Positions 1-12,572 of a stretch of DNA of 64,000 nucleotides are shown here, one piece after another. Every line of letters starts with the position of its first letter. Position 1 is the first letter of the stretch. Source of the stretch: Gnetum montanum. Its lineage: Eukaryota > Plantae > Gnetophyta. Location of the stretch: positions 847,486-911,485 of the forward strand of contig MNCI01002098.1 of assembly GCA_015680685.1 (NCBI GenBank), given 5' to 3'. The notes beneath the pieces were generated by a model that had not been told where the DNA came from, made no database searches, and was given only the letters and a program-made list of their open reading frames with translations. The translations under genes were made by a program, and so were the position numbers.

Positions 1-450
1 TGAAATCTTTACTCTAGCAAGCCATCTTACAAGCAATCTTCTTTACAAATATTCTAAGTCTGTGTCTCCAAGTGAGAGCTCCCAAAAGTGTTCTAAAAAT
101 GAGACCCCAATCTCCTCTTCCTCCTTGACCCCTGAAGCCTTTTTATAGGGTTCGAAGGTAGGTAGGGAAGTTACAAAAATATGTTAGGTGGTTTAACCAC
201 CATAGGGACAAAAAAGCTATGGTTGACAAGTGTCCCATGTAGTTGCCAAGTGTCTTCATTTAGTAAACAAGTGTCCACCATGGAGAGAAACAAGTTGCAG
301 TTGACACGTGTTCCATTTAGTTGACAAGTGGCCTATTTGGTGGTTATAAGTACCATGGGAAATTAAAATTTAGTTGTAACCACCAAGGGGAAGTTATCAC
401 CACCATGATATTTAAAAATTGCAAAGGACACTTGTTCCATACATAAAATA
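1..450 (-). mobile_element. Probable LTR fragment of an unrelated family with ~20-bp degenerate repeats
   Basis: Reverse TATA-like 'ttttatagg' at ~141 followed by repeated 'gttgacaagtgtc/gttgacacgtgtt' units at 221-340, a layout typical of LTR U3 regions. Termini not visible. Confidence 0.4.
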
Positions 451-601
451 TTGAATAACCACCTTATAACTTCTCTTTCCTATTGCAATAATAACAATAT
501 ACCCTTTACTTCTTTCTTAAACAAAGCAAAATGAAAATCAAATTAAATTTGATTAAAAAGGTTTGGAGAAAGGAAAAGCACGTGAAATATCGGCAATATC
601 A

Positions 602-1743
602 ATGTCCACGTTTATGTCCATGTTCAGCTCAGAAACGGCCTGTCTTGAAGCTGTGGCTGTTGCTAAACATCTTCCTGTTTCGTCGTCTTTCCGTTTGGCT
701 ATAACGGCCGGCTCTGCTGAAACTGCAACCGCAGGAGTTGGCATGGGCATGAAGCCAGCATTCCCATGAAATGGTCGCTGCAGTTGCAATGCTGTTTTTT
801 CTCTTTATTACCCATTTAATTGGCCGCACTGATTCTGCTAGTTGTTCCTGTCTTAAACTGGCCCACAAAGCGGCTGCCATCATCGTAGGTATCCACACCA
901 GTGCTATTTCTGAGAGTGCCCCAGAATAAATAATGATCCACGTTTCCATGACATAGAGCGTGTGATAAGCAAATCTAAAGAGGCTCCCTTCTCAACCTTG
1001 CTACGCATCTGCTTCACGCCTTGCAAATTATTGCTTCTTGTTCTGAACGGTTTTCCTGCACTAATGGTGCCATGTAGCGTTGGCCATTGGCCCATTGCCC
1101 GGCATACTTCAGAAAAATAGTTAGAAAAATATTTATATGATGCTAGGATGATAATTCTTATAGAGACGCTATCGGCTTTGGCTCTATTTTTGTTGCTGTG
1201 CAGGCATTTCATTTTCTGTTGCTGCGTAGGCATTTCGTTTTCTGTTGCCGAATTTCCTGTACACAGTGCCGTTTCGGAGGCCCCCTCTTGCTCTCATCGT
1301 TGTAGATTTTTATTTTTATTTTCTAATATTTTACAAGGCAAAAATGGTCGCAGAGAATTGGAATTCCAGTGACAAAGTGCTGGCGCAACCCTTGAATAAT
1401 CCCATTTCTACCTTTTTACATGAATGTTTCTTTTTGCAAGGTGCATATTATTTGGAATTGTGCCGTGAAATAATGGATTGCTATACTCAGTTTTGATTGG
1501 TACTGTGAAATTTGGTTCACATACCATGGTTAGTTGCAATAATGCGGAGCAGCTCCTGCATTTTGCAGAATTCCACTTTTTCCTTTTTATTACAGAGAAA
1601 AATATCATGCTTAGCCACAAAATTTTAAACAATATATTCTTGAATTTCACAGGAGAAATAACTTCACCCTGCACCAGACTGCTAAACTTGCAATTATCAG
1701 GCTATTCATCCGTAAATCCCAGTGGATCATAATAAATTATAAA
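602..1743 (+). pseudogene. Possible decayed TLC (TRAM/LAG1/CLN8)-domain membrane protein gene
   Basis: CpG-retaining island. Collinear peptide fragments MVAAVAMLFFLFITHLIGRTDSASCSCLKLAH (from 771), ISFSVA (~1230), NNGLLYSVLIG (~1470-1500) and GEITSPC (~1652) recall motif order in plant TLC proteins, from memory. AG/GT-bounded blocks are present but broken by stops and frameshifts. Confidence 0.3.
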
Positions 1744-1929
1744 GGTAGAACAACACATTGGTGATTCTGTACTTATCAGCAGGGCTTGGTGCTCCAATAT
1801 TTTTTTAAAAAATAAAGGAATGCCTTTTGTTCACTTATTCTTTTCCTTTCAAACTGAAAATTTAGCTACTTCTCCAAAAATTCTCAACTAATTTAAGCCT
1901 GATTCATGAAATGGCCAAATGTGCCAAGA

Positions 1930-2146
1930 ACCACACTATAGGCAGATACGGGAAAAATAATCTATCTCTGGAGGGATCAAACTACCAGAGTTTCACTAAA
2001 ATCTAAACCAGGATTCTCAACAAGGGAGAGTTGTTTCTTATTTATAGACATTGCGGTGGACTGCGATATTGCAGGGGATGTGATATTGTGATGGACACGA
2101 TATCGTGTATGCAATATCACGGCCCATGCGATATCGCGTCTCATCA
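1930..2146 (-). mobile_element. Truncated Athila-like LTR (U3 end only)
   Basis: Reverse complement resembles the start of the element B LTR: GATATC-core repeats, 'cttatttatag' TATA and terminus 'ctcatca' at 2140-2146. Confidence 0.75.
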
Positions 2147-3720
2147 GCACCTTAGGATGATGTCCTACCCAAAATCTAACCTTACCAATGTATCTAGGAT
2201 GTTAAAAATGTAGTTTTTGATCCTTGGGTCACTAGAATTGGAGTTACAATTTTCGAAATATCACATTTCCTAGTTTGCTAGAATATCATAAAATTTTCAA
2301 CATTTGAACTAGGTGACTATGACAGGTAATGCCTAGATAAGATTTCAGCATATGGTTAGGTTGAACACTTGATAAAGATCTCGTAAATTTAAATAGAATT
2401 TGATGTAGAATCTCAATGTGCATGTTACAAGTGTTTGAGTGTGAGGGCATTAGTGGAAAGAGAAAAATGAGAAATACACTTATGAAAATAATTTATGTTA
2501 ATAATGATAATGATGATTACATTTAAAAGTAAACATTGGAAAGCACCTTCATGTGAAAATAGAAGAAAAGATAAAAATACATTACATAAAACGTATATGC
2601 ATATGTTATAACATATATGTCTATGTTATATGCTTTTCTCCTCTATCTTGGATTTTCTTCTATTGCCTCTCCACCATTTGGTTTTGCTACCATCATTTTT
2701 GCAAAATAGTGTTCCATCATGTTTTTCCTAAAAGACATTTTTTGTCATTTCTTCTTCATTTTAAGGTTGATTTGAGCTTGGTTTATTCTGTTCTTCTCTT
2801 TATAACTAGGTTTAGGCCTTAGATGAATCACATAATAATTTGTAGAAGGGTTTTGGGTGCAACGTATTAAGCAAAGAAAAGATTAACTGAGAGCATTAAG
2901 TAGATAAGGAACTTGCTAAGAAGATTTAGAGAGCTCTACCAGCATAAGTAAGAGAGATAATTTTATGTTTCTTTTTATGAACTTGCCCTATATTGCGGTG
3001 GATTTTCTATTCCTCCTACTTACTTCACGGTCTTCTATAATTCTTCTAGGATTTTAATTAATACACCAAGATTTTTAAAATTTTGGGGATTTCAATGAAA
3101 AATAATATTTTAATCCTATTCATATCATTTTCAGTCATTTTGTAAATTTTGGAAATTGCAAAAATTATGCCCAACTTGCCCCTAGATATTTTATGAANGA
3201 ATTTTGGAAATTGCAAAAATTATGCCCAACTTGCCCCTAGATATTTTATGAATATTTGGAATCTAATCATGACAAACATGATTTTGGAAAAATTTTATGG
3301 AATTTGAGGTTTTATTGATTTTTGGCCAGTTTGGACATCTATTGAATTGTTGGAATAAAATAATAATATTTATGTGACTAGTTTTGCTCAATTAGTAGTG
3401 AGAGTTAAAAATCTTTTAGATTCCCCCATCTACATGGAATATTGGAGTTTTCTTTAGTAGGATTCACCTTATGGTAATAAGGGTTGTTGGATGAGTTTCT
3501 TACCCTAAATTTTAATTTGTAAGTTCATGTGAGGCTATGGTTTTAGCTAAGACCATGACACTAAGTAGTTAATTCTAGTGGAGTTGTAATGAGGCATAGT
3601 CAAGACCTATCCTTCTAATGATACATGTGCCTCAACAATTAAAAATGTTAATAGTCAAGCTATTGCCAAGACTCGACCATGACTGACTTATTTGGGGTTA
3701 CAAGGATAATCTGATGATAG

Positions 3721-3972
3721 CAATGAGGTTATTCCAAGAGCTATCAGTGAGTCCCTTTGGCTATGAGGGTAACCAAGGCTGAGCTTTCAAAGATGCCTAG
3801 TTAAAATATGCATTCTTTAAATTTATGCTAGACAAATTTATGATATTTTTGGACATTAAAATAATTTAAAGAATAATCCAATGAAGTTATTCCAAGACCT
3901 TATGATTCCTATTGGTAGTGAGGATAATCAAGACCTAGCCTTTGAATATGCCTACATAAAATATACATTCTT
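3721..3972. repeat. Diverged ~95-bp direct repeat (3721-3817 and 3880-3972)
   Basis: Both copies read caatga(g/a)gttattccaaga...atgccta..taaaatat.cattctt. Confidence 0.7.
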
Positions 3973-5640
3973 AGGACTTTTGGATTTCTTTTTGATATTT
4001 GAAAAATTTGTTGCATTTCTAGACCTTAAACACTTTGAATATTTTATTAGAAACTTTGTCTAGCCCATAACTTGAGACTTTTGGCCTTGAACCTTTATGC
4101 TCCATGAAGAGGGAAATATAATAACCTTTCTTATTTGAGGGTTTTTAACTCCTCTTGCATTTCAATGCAAAGAGTCCACAGTAGGCAAAAAATCATTGAA
4201 AGAAGAACATGAGATAAAAGGTGGATGATTTCTACACATCATGGGCCTTCTAAACATGAGAAAAAATTTTTGTATATTTTTTACTTTTGTAAAACAGAAA
4301 CCTTATACACTTTTTGGATATTTGAGCCATGTACATATTTTGGTAAATAAATAATAAAGTATGATGGATGTGAATTTGTTGTCTATGCCATTAGGACTAT
4401 GATATTACAAGGAACAATTTCAATTCAACACATGTCATATATTTGAAAAAATTTAATATTATGTATTATATATTAATATTTTATTATTTAAGTTAAATTT
4501 AAAACATATATAACTTTATTTCTAGTTTTCCAATTGAGGTGAAATAAGTATTGTTATGATCATTATTTTACATACTATTTTATAATATAAGTAGTGAAAT
4601 TTTTTGGAATCTACCTTTTGTAGCTACATAAAAATATCATTTTCATTAAATAAATTATATTTAATTATGTATGCAAGTAATATAATTTTACTGTGTTGTA
4701 TTACTCTATTATATTTATGATTCTAAATAATAATTTTGTTCTATTTTATTACTTCCTTTGGAATTAGTAAATCAAGGTTAAATCCAGATACGTGGGGTTT
4801 TGTACCATCTCTATTAGTTATTTATAGGATATTTTATAGATAATTAATAGGGGTGCACTAAATATCTTGCGTTAGCACATCCCCTTGAGTCAAACGGGCC
4901 TTCTATGATTCCAATGTGATTGAGATTAGCTTGGTTTGTGTCAACAGGCCTTCTATGACTATTGGATGTTGAAGAACCTCAACTCTTAGAATGCAAAAAC
5001 TATAAATACTTGAATGGACTTCCATAAAAATCTTAAGCATAATTTGAATTTCATTTGGACTTTTTGCATATAGTTTGTGTGAAGATCTCTTCCACCTTTG
5101 GGTAATTTAATTCTTTTTTTTTATCTTCTTTGTGTTATGAGTCATCACATTTACCAGTGTGGCTAGACTTTTTAGAGTGATACCTTATGTAGCCTAGAAT
5201 CATTTGGTCAACATGGAGTCCAATCTTTGCATGGTGAATAAAGCTTATGGTTTTTCTTAGTTTTGCATCGTTGATGCCTTACACATTAAAATGCTAAAAA
5301 CATTAAAATCACAAAAATATTTATTTCTTTATTTTCATAACCTACAATGACTCAACCTTACATAAGAAGGTCATAACTATACAACTTGGTGTTAGATCAT
5401 CGAGGTTGTGATAAGAGCCATCTTTTATTGCATTTTGTGTATGGTGTTACACATTTCCTCAAGTGGAATTGCAATAACAACATTTACACTTGCTCCCATA
5501 AGGGATTGTGATGTTTATGTATTTATGTTTATTTTGTTTCTTATAAATATAAAACTCATAAAAAATTATAAAATATAAAATTATAAATATATCTCTTTTT
5601 ATCTTTCATTGTAGCAATGTGAGTATCATTTGTATCATAT

Positions 5641-6510
5641 TGATGAGCAGCAAGTATACCTTATGCCCAACTATATGAATCACTAGTGTTTACTAAGTAA
5701 TCTAATTGAATTCTATAGACTTTAGCTCTCTATGTACACTAGGTTTAAGAGGTGAACCTAAAAACCATGATCATTTTCTTCTTAGTTCCACTTGTGAGGT
5801 GCAAGTGTATGATTAAGTGTAACTAAGGCATCTGATTTTTATCATTTTATCTTTTCTCGTTTTAATCACCTAAGTGCTAGAAACAAAGTAAATTTTAATA
5901 TTTAATTAATATAATTGATCTAATAACTAAATAATACTTAGTTAATCCTAACATAAGCATCCATTCCCACTTTCTATACACATCTTGAACACATTGCAAC
6001 ACTACTAGGTTACCAAGCAATAGGTGCTACTAGGATTACCAAGTGTTAACATATGCTCGAAGCAATTGTACTTATGTTTACTATTTAATTGATATTAATC
6101 AATTAATTACAATTCATTAATGTAAAGTGCATGTATAATAAATGCATAAGGAAACATTAATCTATTTTGAGTGCTGCAAGGTTTGATCATGAAAGCTCAT
6201 CTTTATTTCTGTTCACTCTGAGATGCTTAGGTACATTAGTGCTCAAATAAAGATATGTACACTTCTTTGATTCCTACTATGGAAACTTACAAAATAGAAA
6301 GAAAAAACTACAATAGCTTTGCTACAACTAATTAAAAGATTATCATAAATGTGATGGTATTCATACATTTATAGGCAAAAATTGGATGTCGTGTTGACAG
6401 GTATACATCAACATAGCAAACCCTACATCAATGGGATCATGTTGATGACCTCATCAATGGAATCATATCAACAAGATCACATCGACATGGTCCAATAATA
6501 GAATTCATGA
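5641..6510 (-). repeat. 3' LTR of element A
   Basis: Begins tgatgagcag, aligns with 24507-25338 and abuts the PPT complement 'tatccccatgactaaatgaaaa'. Confidence 0.9.
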
Positions 6511-6719
6511 TATCCCCATGACTAAATGAAAAGTCATCCTTTAGTGAACAAACAAGGAACAAGTTCTTTACAAAATTTTGAAAAACTAGCTATAGACACA
6601 CAAAAGAAACATGACAAAAACTAAGTGCCCAAGTGTGTGGATTTACAATCATTACAAAAATTGGTGTTTTGGACAATAGAATTAAACACCATCACAAAAA
6701 ATGACAACCCAACTCCTCA

Positions 6720-7314
6720 AACGACCTAAAGAAAATCAGATGGTCCTAGGCTATGAAGGCTCCTGAGGTTCCAAAGGACATTCTCTTGCTTCAAGCACAT
6801 GCAGTTGTTGAGGTAGTTGTTGTGGTTATCCTATTGTAATTGAAACTACTAGTGGAAGATAGATGGCATTCAATAATGCCTTCATCTTCTCCTCCCTACT
6901 TTAGGGATCATTCACGATCCACATTACTTCACCAATGTGGGCCAAAATGGGAATATCCTATGAACATGGCATTGTAGGGAATAGATCCTTCATGTTGAGA
7001 AACTAGGCAATGAACTATTTGCATTCGATGTTAAAATCCCTAAGTGCATTCTAGAACCCTTGGTAGTTGTTTAATCTCTTGGTCAAGTTCTCAGTAGTTG
7101 ATCTCTAATTTTTGAATCACTCCGTGAGAATGATGAGTTCAGCATTTACAACCTCAAGCTTCTACTTAGTCCCTTTGTGATGTTTGAACTCTATCTTGTA
7201 TAATAAGTCCAAGCTAGCCACCTACTTCTCCAGCTCTAATAGTGGCCTTCTAGTAGTCAGTAGTACCAGGTTTGCAAATTAGAGGTTGGAAAGCTTCATA
7301 TATTCTATCATTTC
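6720..7314 (-). pseudogene. C-terminal part of the element A accessory ORF (coiled-coil-like)
   Basis: Translates EMIEYMKLSNL*FANLVLLTTRRPLLELEK and EEKMKALLNAI, homologous to element C KEYIVLANLKYANLAMLIEGQP*NKLEKQ and EEKL*ALLDC. Confidence 0.75.
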
Positions 7315-8241
7315 TAATGAGTCATGGCCTGTCAGGCCCAATTATTGGACCCTTGTTATCGGAGCCCTGGTACAATATATGGTCTGTTAGGCCTAGTTAT
7401 CAGACCCCCGATATCGCATCAACGATATCACATCAGCTACGATATCATGTACGCGATATTGCAGCCATGATATCATGTACGTGATATCACGACCTACCTC
7501 AATTTCTATAAATAAGAGGTAGCTTTCCTTATTCTAGGAGTTAGTTCTTAGTTCCTTAGCTAAACTTTTGTAATTTTATCATTTCAGAGTTAGAATAATT
7601 CCCAATGTATTCCTGTAGTGTGGTGATTGTAATTGTACAACATCCTTTATTCAAGTGTGATGTACTTGGACACACACATGACCAGTAATAAAGATCAAGA
7701 TTACTTCATCATTGTAGAATTCACTTAGTTTAATTAATTATTTATTTAATTGTTATTTACTTCTTTCCTAGTTAATCTCTTATCACCCTTAAACTCTTGT
7801 TAAACTTGGAATGAGTACGACTTGATTACGAGCATTTAAGTGTGACTACTTGGTAACCTAGTAGCGTACCTAGGATCTACACTTGGTAATCCCAGTGGTA
7901 GTCATGCACGAAGTCCAAGATGTGTACGGATCATCAAGGAATGAATGTTTATCGTACTTAGGCTAGGTAGATTCTCTCTCACCCTTTCTCTCTTAGCTTA
8001 GATAATATTACCTTCCCTTGCCTTCAAGAGTAGCATTAGGTTAGAAACACATCATACACCTCACTCTAGACTAAACCATATGTGACAACATTAATACTAG
8101 TCCAGGTGGGAAGACAACGAACTGTAACCTAAGGCTAACTGTCTAGATGCCACAACTAGTCCATCTACAGAGTTTGATCAAATTGCACGTGTAATGCTCA
8201 TATTCGTATGGTTGAGTGTAGGGGTACCTCGCCACTCATCA
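7315..8241 (+). repeat. 5' LTR of element B
   Basis: Runs t(a)atgagtc...actcatca, has TATAAATA at 7507-7514 and is closely similar to 13524-14381. Confidence 0.92.
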
Positions 8242-8242
8242 T

Positions 8243-8260
8243 TGGTGTCGTTATCAGGGA
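8243..8260 (+). promoter_or_regulatory. Primer binding site, tRNA-Asp type
   Basis: tggtgtcgttatcaggga differs mostly by transitions from TGGCGCCGTTGCCGGGGA, the tRNA-Asp PBS of Athila elements, and directly follows the LTR end. Confidence 0.8.
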
Positions 8261-8899
8261 CGGTGCCAGTTATGTAGATTATTTATATCATACAATGTCG
8301 ATGTAAAGGAATTAATGATATATCTTTTAGAAAAAAATAATTATAAAAAAAAGTCACATATAAATTCACACACAATTTCAGAAACCATGCCTCTCCTACA
8401 AGATTATGATAATGCCATTCCTAGTGAGGAAATTCATTGGAGAACGGATGAATTATATGAAAATGAAGATTGGAGTACGCAATCTGAGATGGNTCAAATT
8501 GCACGTGTAATGCTCATATTCGTATGGTTGAGTGTAGGGGTACCTCGCCACTCATCATTGGTGTCGTTATCAGGGACGGTGCCAGTTATGTAGATTATTT
8601 ATATCATACAATGTCGATGTAAAGGAATTAATGATATATCTTTTAGAAAAAAATAATTATAAAAAAAAGTCACATATAAATTCACACACAATTTCAAAAA
8701 CCATGCCTCTCCTACAAGATTATGATAATGCCATTCCTAGTGAGGAAATTCATTGGAGAACGGATGAATTATATGAAAATGAAGATTGGAGTACGCAATC
8801 TGAGATGGGAGTTTCTTATAAACATAAATGAAGGAAACATTGTCCCAGTGCATGAAAGCATAACTTACTCGATGACAATGAACCCCCACTGGCCACTAT

Positions 8900-9760
8900 A
8901 AGTCTAACGCAAATACAAGAGGCTGTTCAAATCTCCTGTAGGCATTGTAAAGAGAGTCGTTTACCCAAGCTCAATTTAAACAACTTCCCTAATTTTTCAA
9001 GAGGCTATGACTTAGATCCGCAACAACATTTACAAGCCTTCTATGATGCCTATACATGGAACAACTTTGATAACAGTTGGCAAAAACTCAAGCTCTTCCC
9101 TATGACACTCCTTGGCCAAGCGAAAGTATGGTATAAATCGTTAAAACCAAATTAAATATGATGTTGGCCAATAATGGTAGAACTCTTTAACGAAAGATAT
9201 CAAACCTACGCAAGAGTGTCAGCCTTGAGGAAACAAAGCCAAGAGTGGAAACAAGCACAACATGAACACTTGGACATGGCCTTAGAAAGATATTATGCAC
9301 TGTTAAACAACTATCTAGGCCATGGGTTTTCCGAGGAAAGGCTAATGTACCATATCATTGATGGGCTTCATGATGCAATAAGAGAAAACCTAGGGATGTA
9401 TGCCCAAGTTCAACTATACAAACTATGAACCCATCAAGTCCATGAGCTTGTTAAGTGGGTAACAAAATAATAAGGAGAATTGGCTAGATGGGAGAATGTT
9501 GAAAAAAATAAATGGGACCAAAATCTCAACTTAACAAAGGTCCATAATCATAAAAAGGAGAAATAAACCAATCTCAAGGGGGAAGAACCATCTTTGCCAG
9601 TACAACAATCATTAGATGAAATCAAGGAAAAGATCAATAAGATGTTGAAATGGATGCATAAAAAGTGTGGAGAATATATCAATATTATTGGAGATAGAAT
9701 TTTGACTACCTAAGAAACAAGAGAAAGTATCACTAGACAATCGGAAAGAAGAGATAAGGA
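8900..9760 (+). pseudogene. gag: Gag remnant of element B
   Basis: GYDLDPQQHLQAFYDA...KLKLFPMTLLGQAKVWYKSL...MVELFNERYQ...LERYYALLNNYLGHGFSEE matches the retrotransposon gag pattern, with internal stops. Confidence 0.85.
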
Positions 9761-12572
9761 AAATAAGAGCTCAACTACCAATCATACATATGAATGCAAC
9801 ATATGCCTATACGATCATCCCAAGGGCCAATGCCCAATCTTGTTACATTTATATGAGCATTGGGGAAACACGTTACATCCAGAGTTTGTATAGAGATACT
9901 GTGTTCGATCGTAGTGGCAACAATCCCAGTCGTGGGGGAAGCCATCCCTAAACTAGAGACACCATTCATATTATCCAAATCCAAATGCTTACCTAGTTCA
10001 ACATCCTATTTCCCCAACTAGGCCAACATACTTTATCTCACCACACTACCATCCTCCTCAATACTATCAGCCCATGTCCTCAACAAAACCACCACCTTAT
10101 GCACCTTACACTTCTTCTAATTTTCAACATTTGCATCCTTTCCCTCCTTCTACATCGCCACCAACTGTTCTTGAAGTATTTGCATCATGGAAACAACCCA
10201 CAAACGTTACTTGTGCTACTACTACCAACAATAGTGAGAGGCCTCCTCAACATCAAAAGTGTCCCTTCATTAAACATGACCGTAGGAAGGGACAACACAA
10301 TTCCAAGGCCACTGCATTCTCCAACTCAGCACAAGTCCAATACTATGGTGCACCCTTATGTTCAAGCCCAACGCCTAATGTTACTTCATCAGGGCCACTA
10401 TTTAACACTCCAACAACCATACGGCCCAATGAACACAGGCATGAAGGGCAACGTCCCGATCCTTGCATACCATCTAACGGTCCCCAATATCATAGTGGGT
10501 CAACTCACTATCCAGGAACCACATCTCATAAATTTCCCTACTATGGTTACTATAATCAGGTGTGTGAACCCTAATGGGGTGCCAAGTTTCAATACTTCCA
10601 ACATGCAAGGATCCTCATCTTTCATTTATTAATCCTTGCCATCCTCAACCGATTAGTTATGGGGGATATCCTCCATTCTAGTAACAAGAAGGATTAATAA
10701 CCACTCTTTATTTTCTTTAATTTTACAACTTTTTTGTTTTCTAGTTTTTCAATTTTCAATTTCTTTTTCTATCATTTTTTCTTGTTACCTTTTTATGTTG
10801 TTGTAAGTAATCTCATCTACAAATAAAACACTCATGTGACTCATTGGTTAAGGTTTGTTCTATGTTATTGAGTCTCGAGGGATCAATTATTTGGATAGTG
10901 AGCCCATTACATCCACTCATCCACTCTACAAATAAGAGGTTCTATTTGAGGTTACAATGATATTCTTGACATTCTTAAAACTTAAAATTATTTCTGTGTT
11001 TATTTTACCCCGAATGAAGAAGAATGGATCAAGAGGGAATGATTAGGGTGTGACATCAAGGGGACTTGTGGATTCTCTTTGCTGACATCTATGGGAGTTA
11101 TCATGAAATGTGGTTGTACTAAGATCCTTGTAGATCTAACGAAAAATGGGAGTAAGAGTAATCAAAAGGGCACTTAAAAATACAATGCTATTCTAGGGGG
11201 TCCCATTGGAAAGACATGCACCCATGCCTGAAGGTTGGTGGCTTCTTTGGATTTAGCAATCGAAAAAAAAACACAACAAAGAAAAAGAACAAAGGAAGTG
11301 CCACAAGCAAAAATCACTCGTCCCTTGAACAAAATGCCAAGTGATTGTATGCCTTGTTGTTCTGGTACTCTCATAGTTTCTTATCATGGAATGAAATAAT
11401 GCGATGTCACTGATTAGAGGAATGGACTTGGTCCTGATCTTGGAACGATAGGTTAATGATACATTAATCATGCTTTACATGCAGGATTCACTGTACCCTA
11501 GGTTAGCTACCTCATGTCCCAATATTTACGATCCCTTCTATACCCCATCTCATCTCGTTGTTCATGTAATTGTTACTTATGTCTCATGTAGCGTAGAATC
11601 CTTACCTCACTCTGATGATATTTACATGTTTGTATTTTGTGGAGTCAGTGTGGATTACATTTAACCCTTCTAGTGCCCAGAGACACTTTTAAGTGTGGTT
11701 AGGCAAGGGCATTAAAGGTTGGAACCTACTATGGGGAGGACCCACTTGCGTACTTTTTGTAATTTGCGCTCATGATCCATCTTCCACATACCATTTATTA
11801 TCCTTAGCATATTTCCAACGATTTTCTTTCCCTTATTACTATCCCTTCGATTCAACGTTCCTATGAACCATCACATAGCCTTTTTCTCTATCATCCGAGG
11901 TCCTTATTGATAAATTCCACACCATCATAATTTTCATGCCTTCAGAACTAGTTGAATTACCTTGGAACCTTTTAAAAATCATCTAGATGTCCTTAGTTTA
12001 CATCGTTTAATTTCAAATAAATATTAAAAATTTGGTACATTCTCTAAGTGCCCTAACTTCGATGAAAATATATATACGTGACCCCCCTGTGCTAATAAAA
12101 ATCATTTCCAAATGTTCACATAGGGGAAGTTGTTCAAATTTCTCTCTACGACTCATGATTGCATGTCCCTTGCTTTCATATCCATAACTTGCTCGTTGGT
12201 ACTCTGATTTTCATTCCGTTTGAACCTACTTGAACCTGGAGTGTTCAGTTTAGTCATGGGGGAGGGGCACATGCCAAATAGCACATAAATTTTTTGAAAT
12301 TCATCATCTCCCGAAGGACATGTTTAAGGGTAATTAGTTGTAAAATTAAGAATAACATGTGTCAAAAACAATTTCATCCCCTTAGCTATATCAGAAAATT
12401 AAATTTGGAAACCACCTAAGAAAAAAAGGACTCAACATTATAATCTTTTGGGGACATGTTCTTCCAATAATTAACATCACATGGAAATAAAGTAAATCTA
12501 TTAAGGCAAGAAGTAAGGTATAACCTAACTTTGGTAACAACCTTACTAACGATTGGCCTCATTTGATTGCAG

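Noticed and set aside
553-1233. Minus-strand ORFs of 78-109 aa
   Set aside because: No recognisable domain, and likely antisense shadows of the plus-strand relic.
3140-3252. Short exact tandem duplication (a similar one lies at ~30990-31102)
   Set aside because: Both straddle single n characters and are assembly overlaps.
8177-8809. Near-perfect 316-bp tandem duplication including LTR end and PBS
   Set aside because: The copies are separated by a single n at 8493, typical of unmerged overlapping contig ends.
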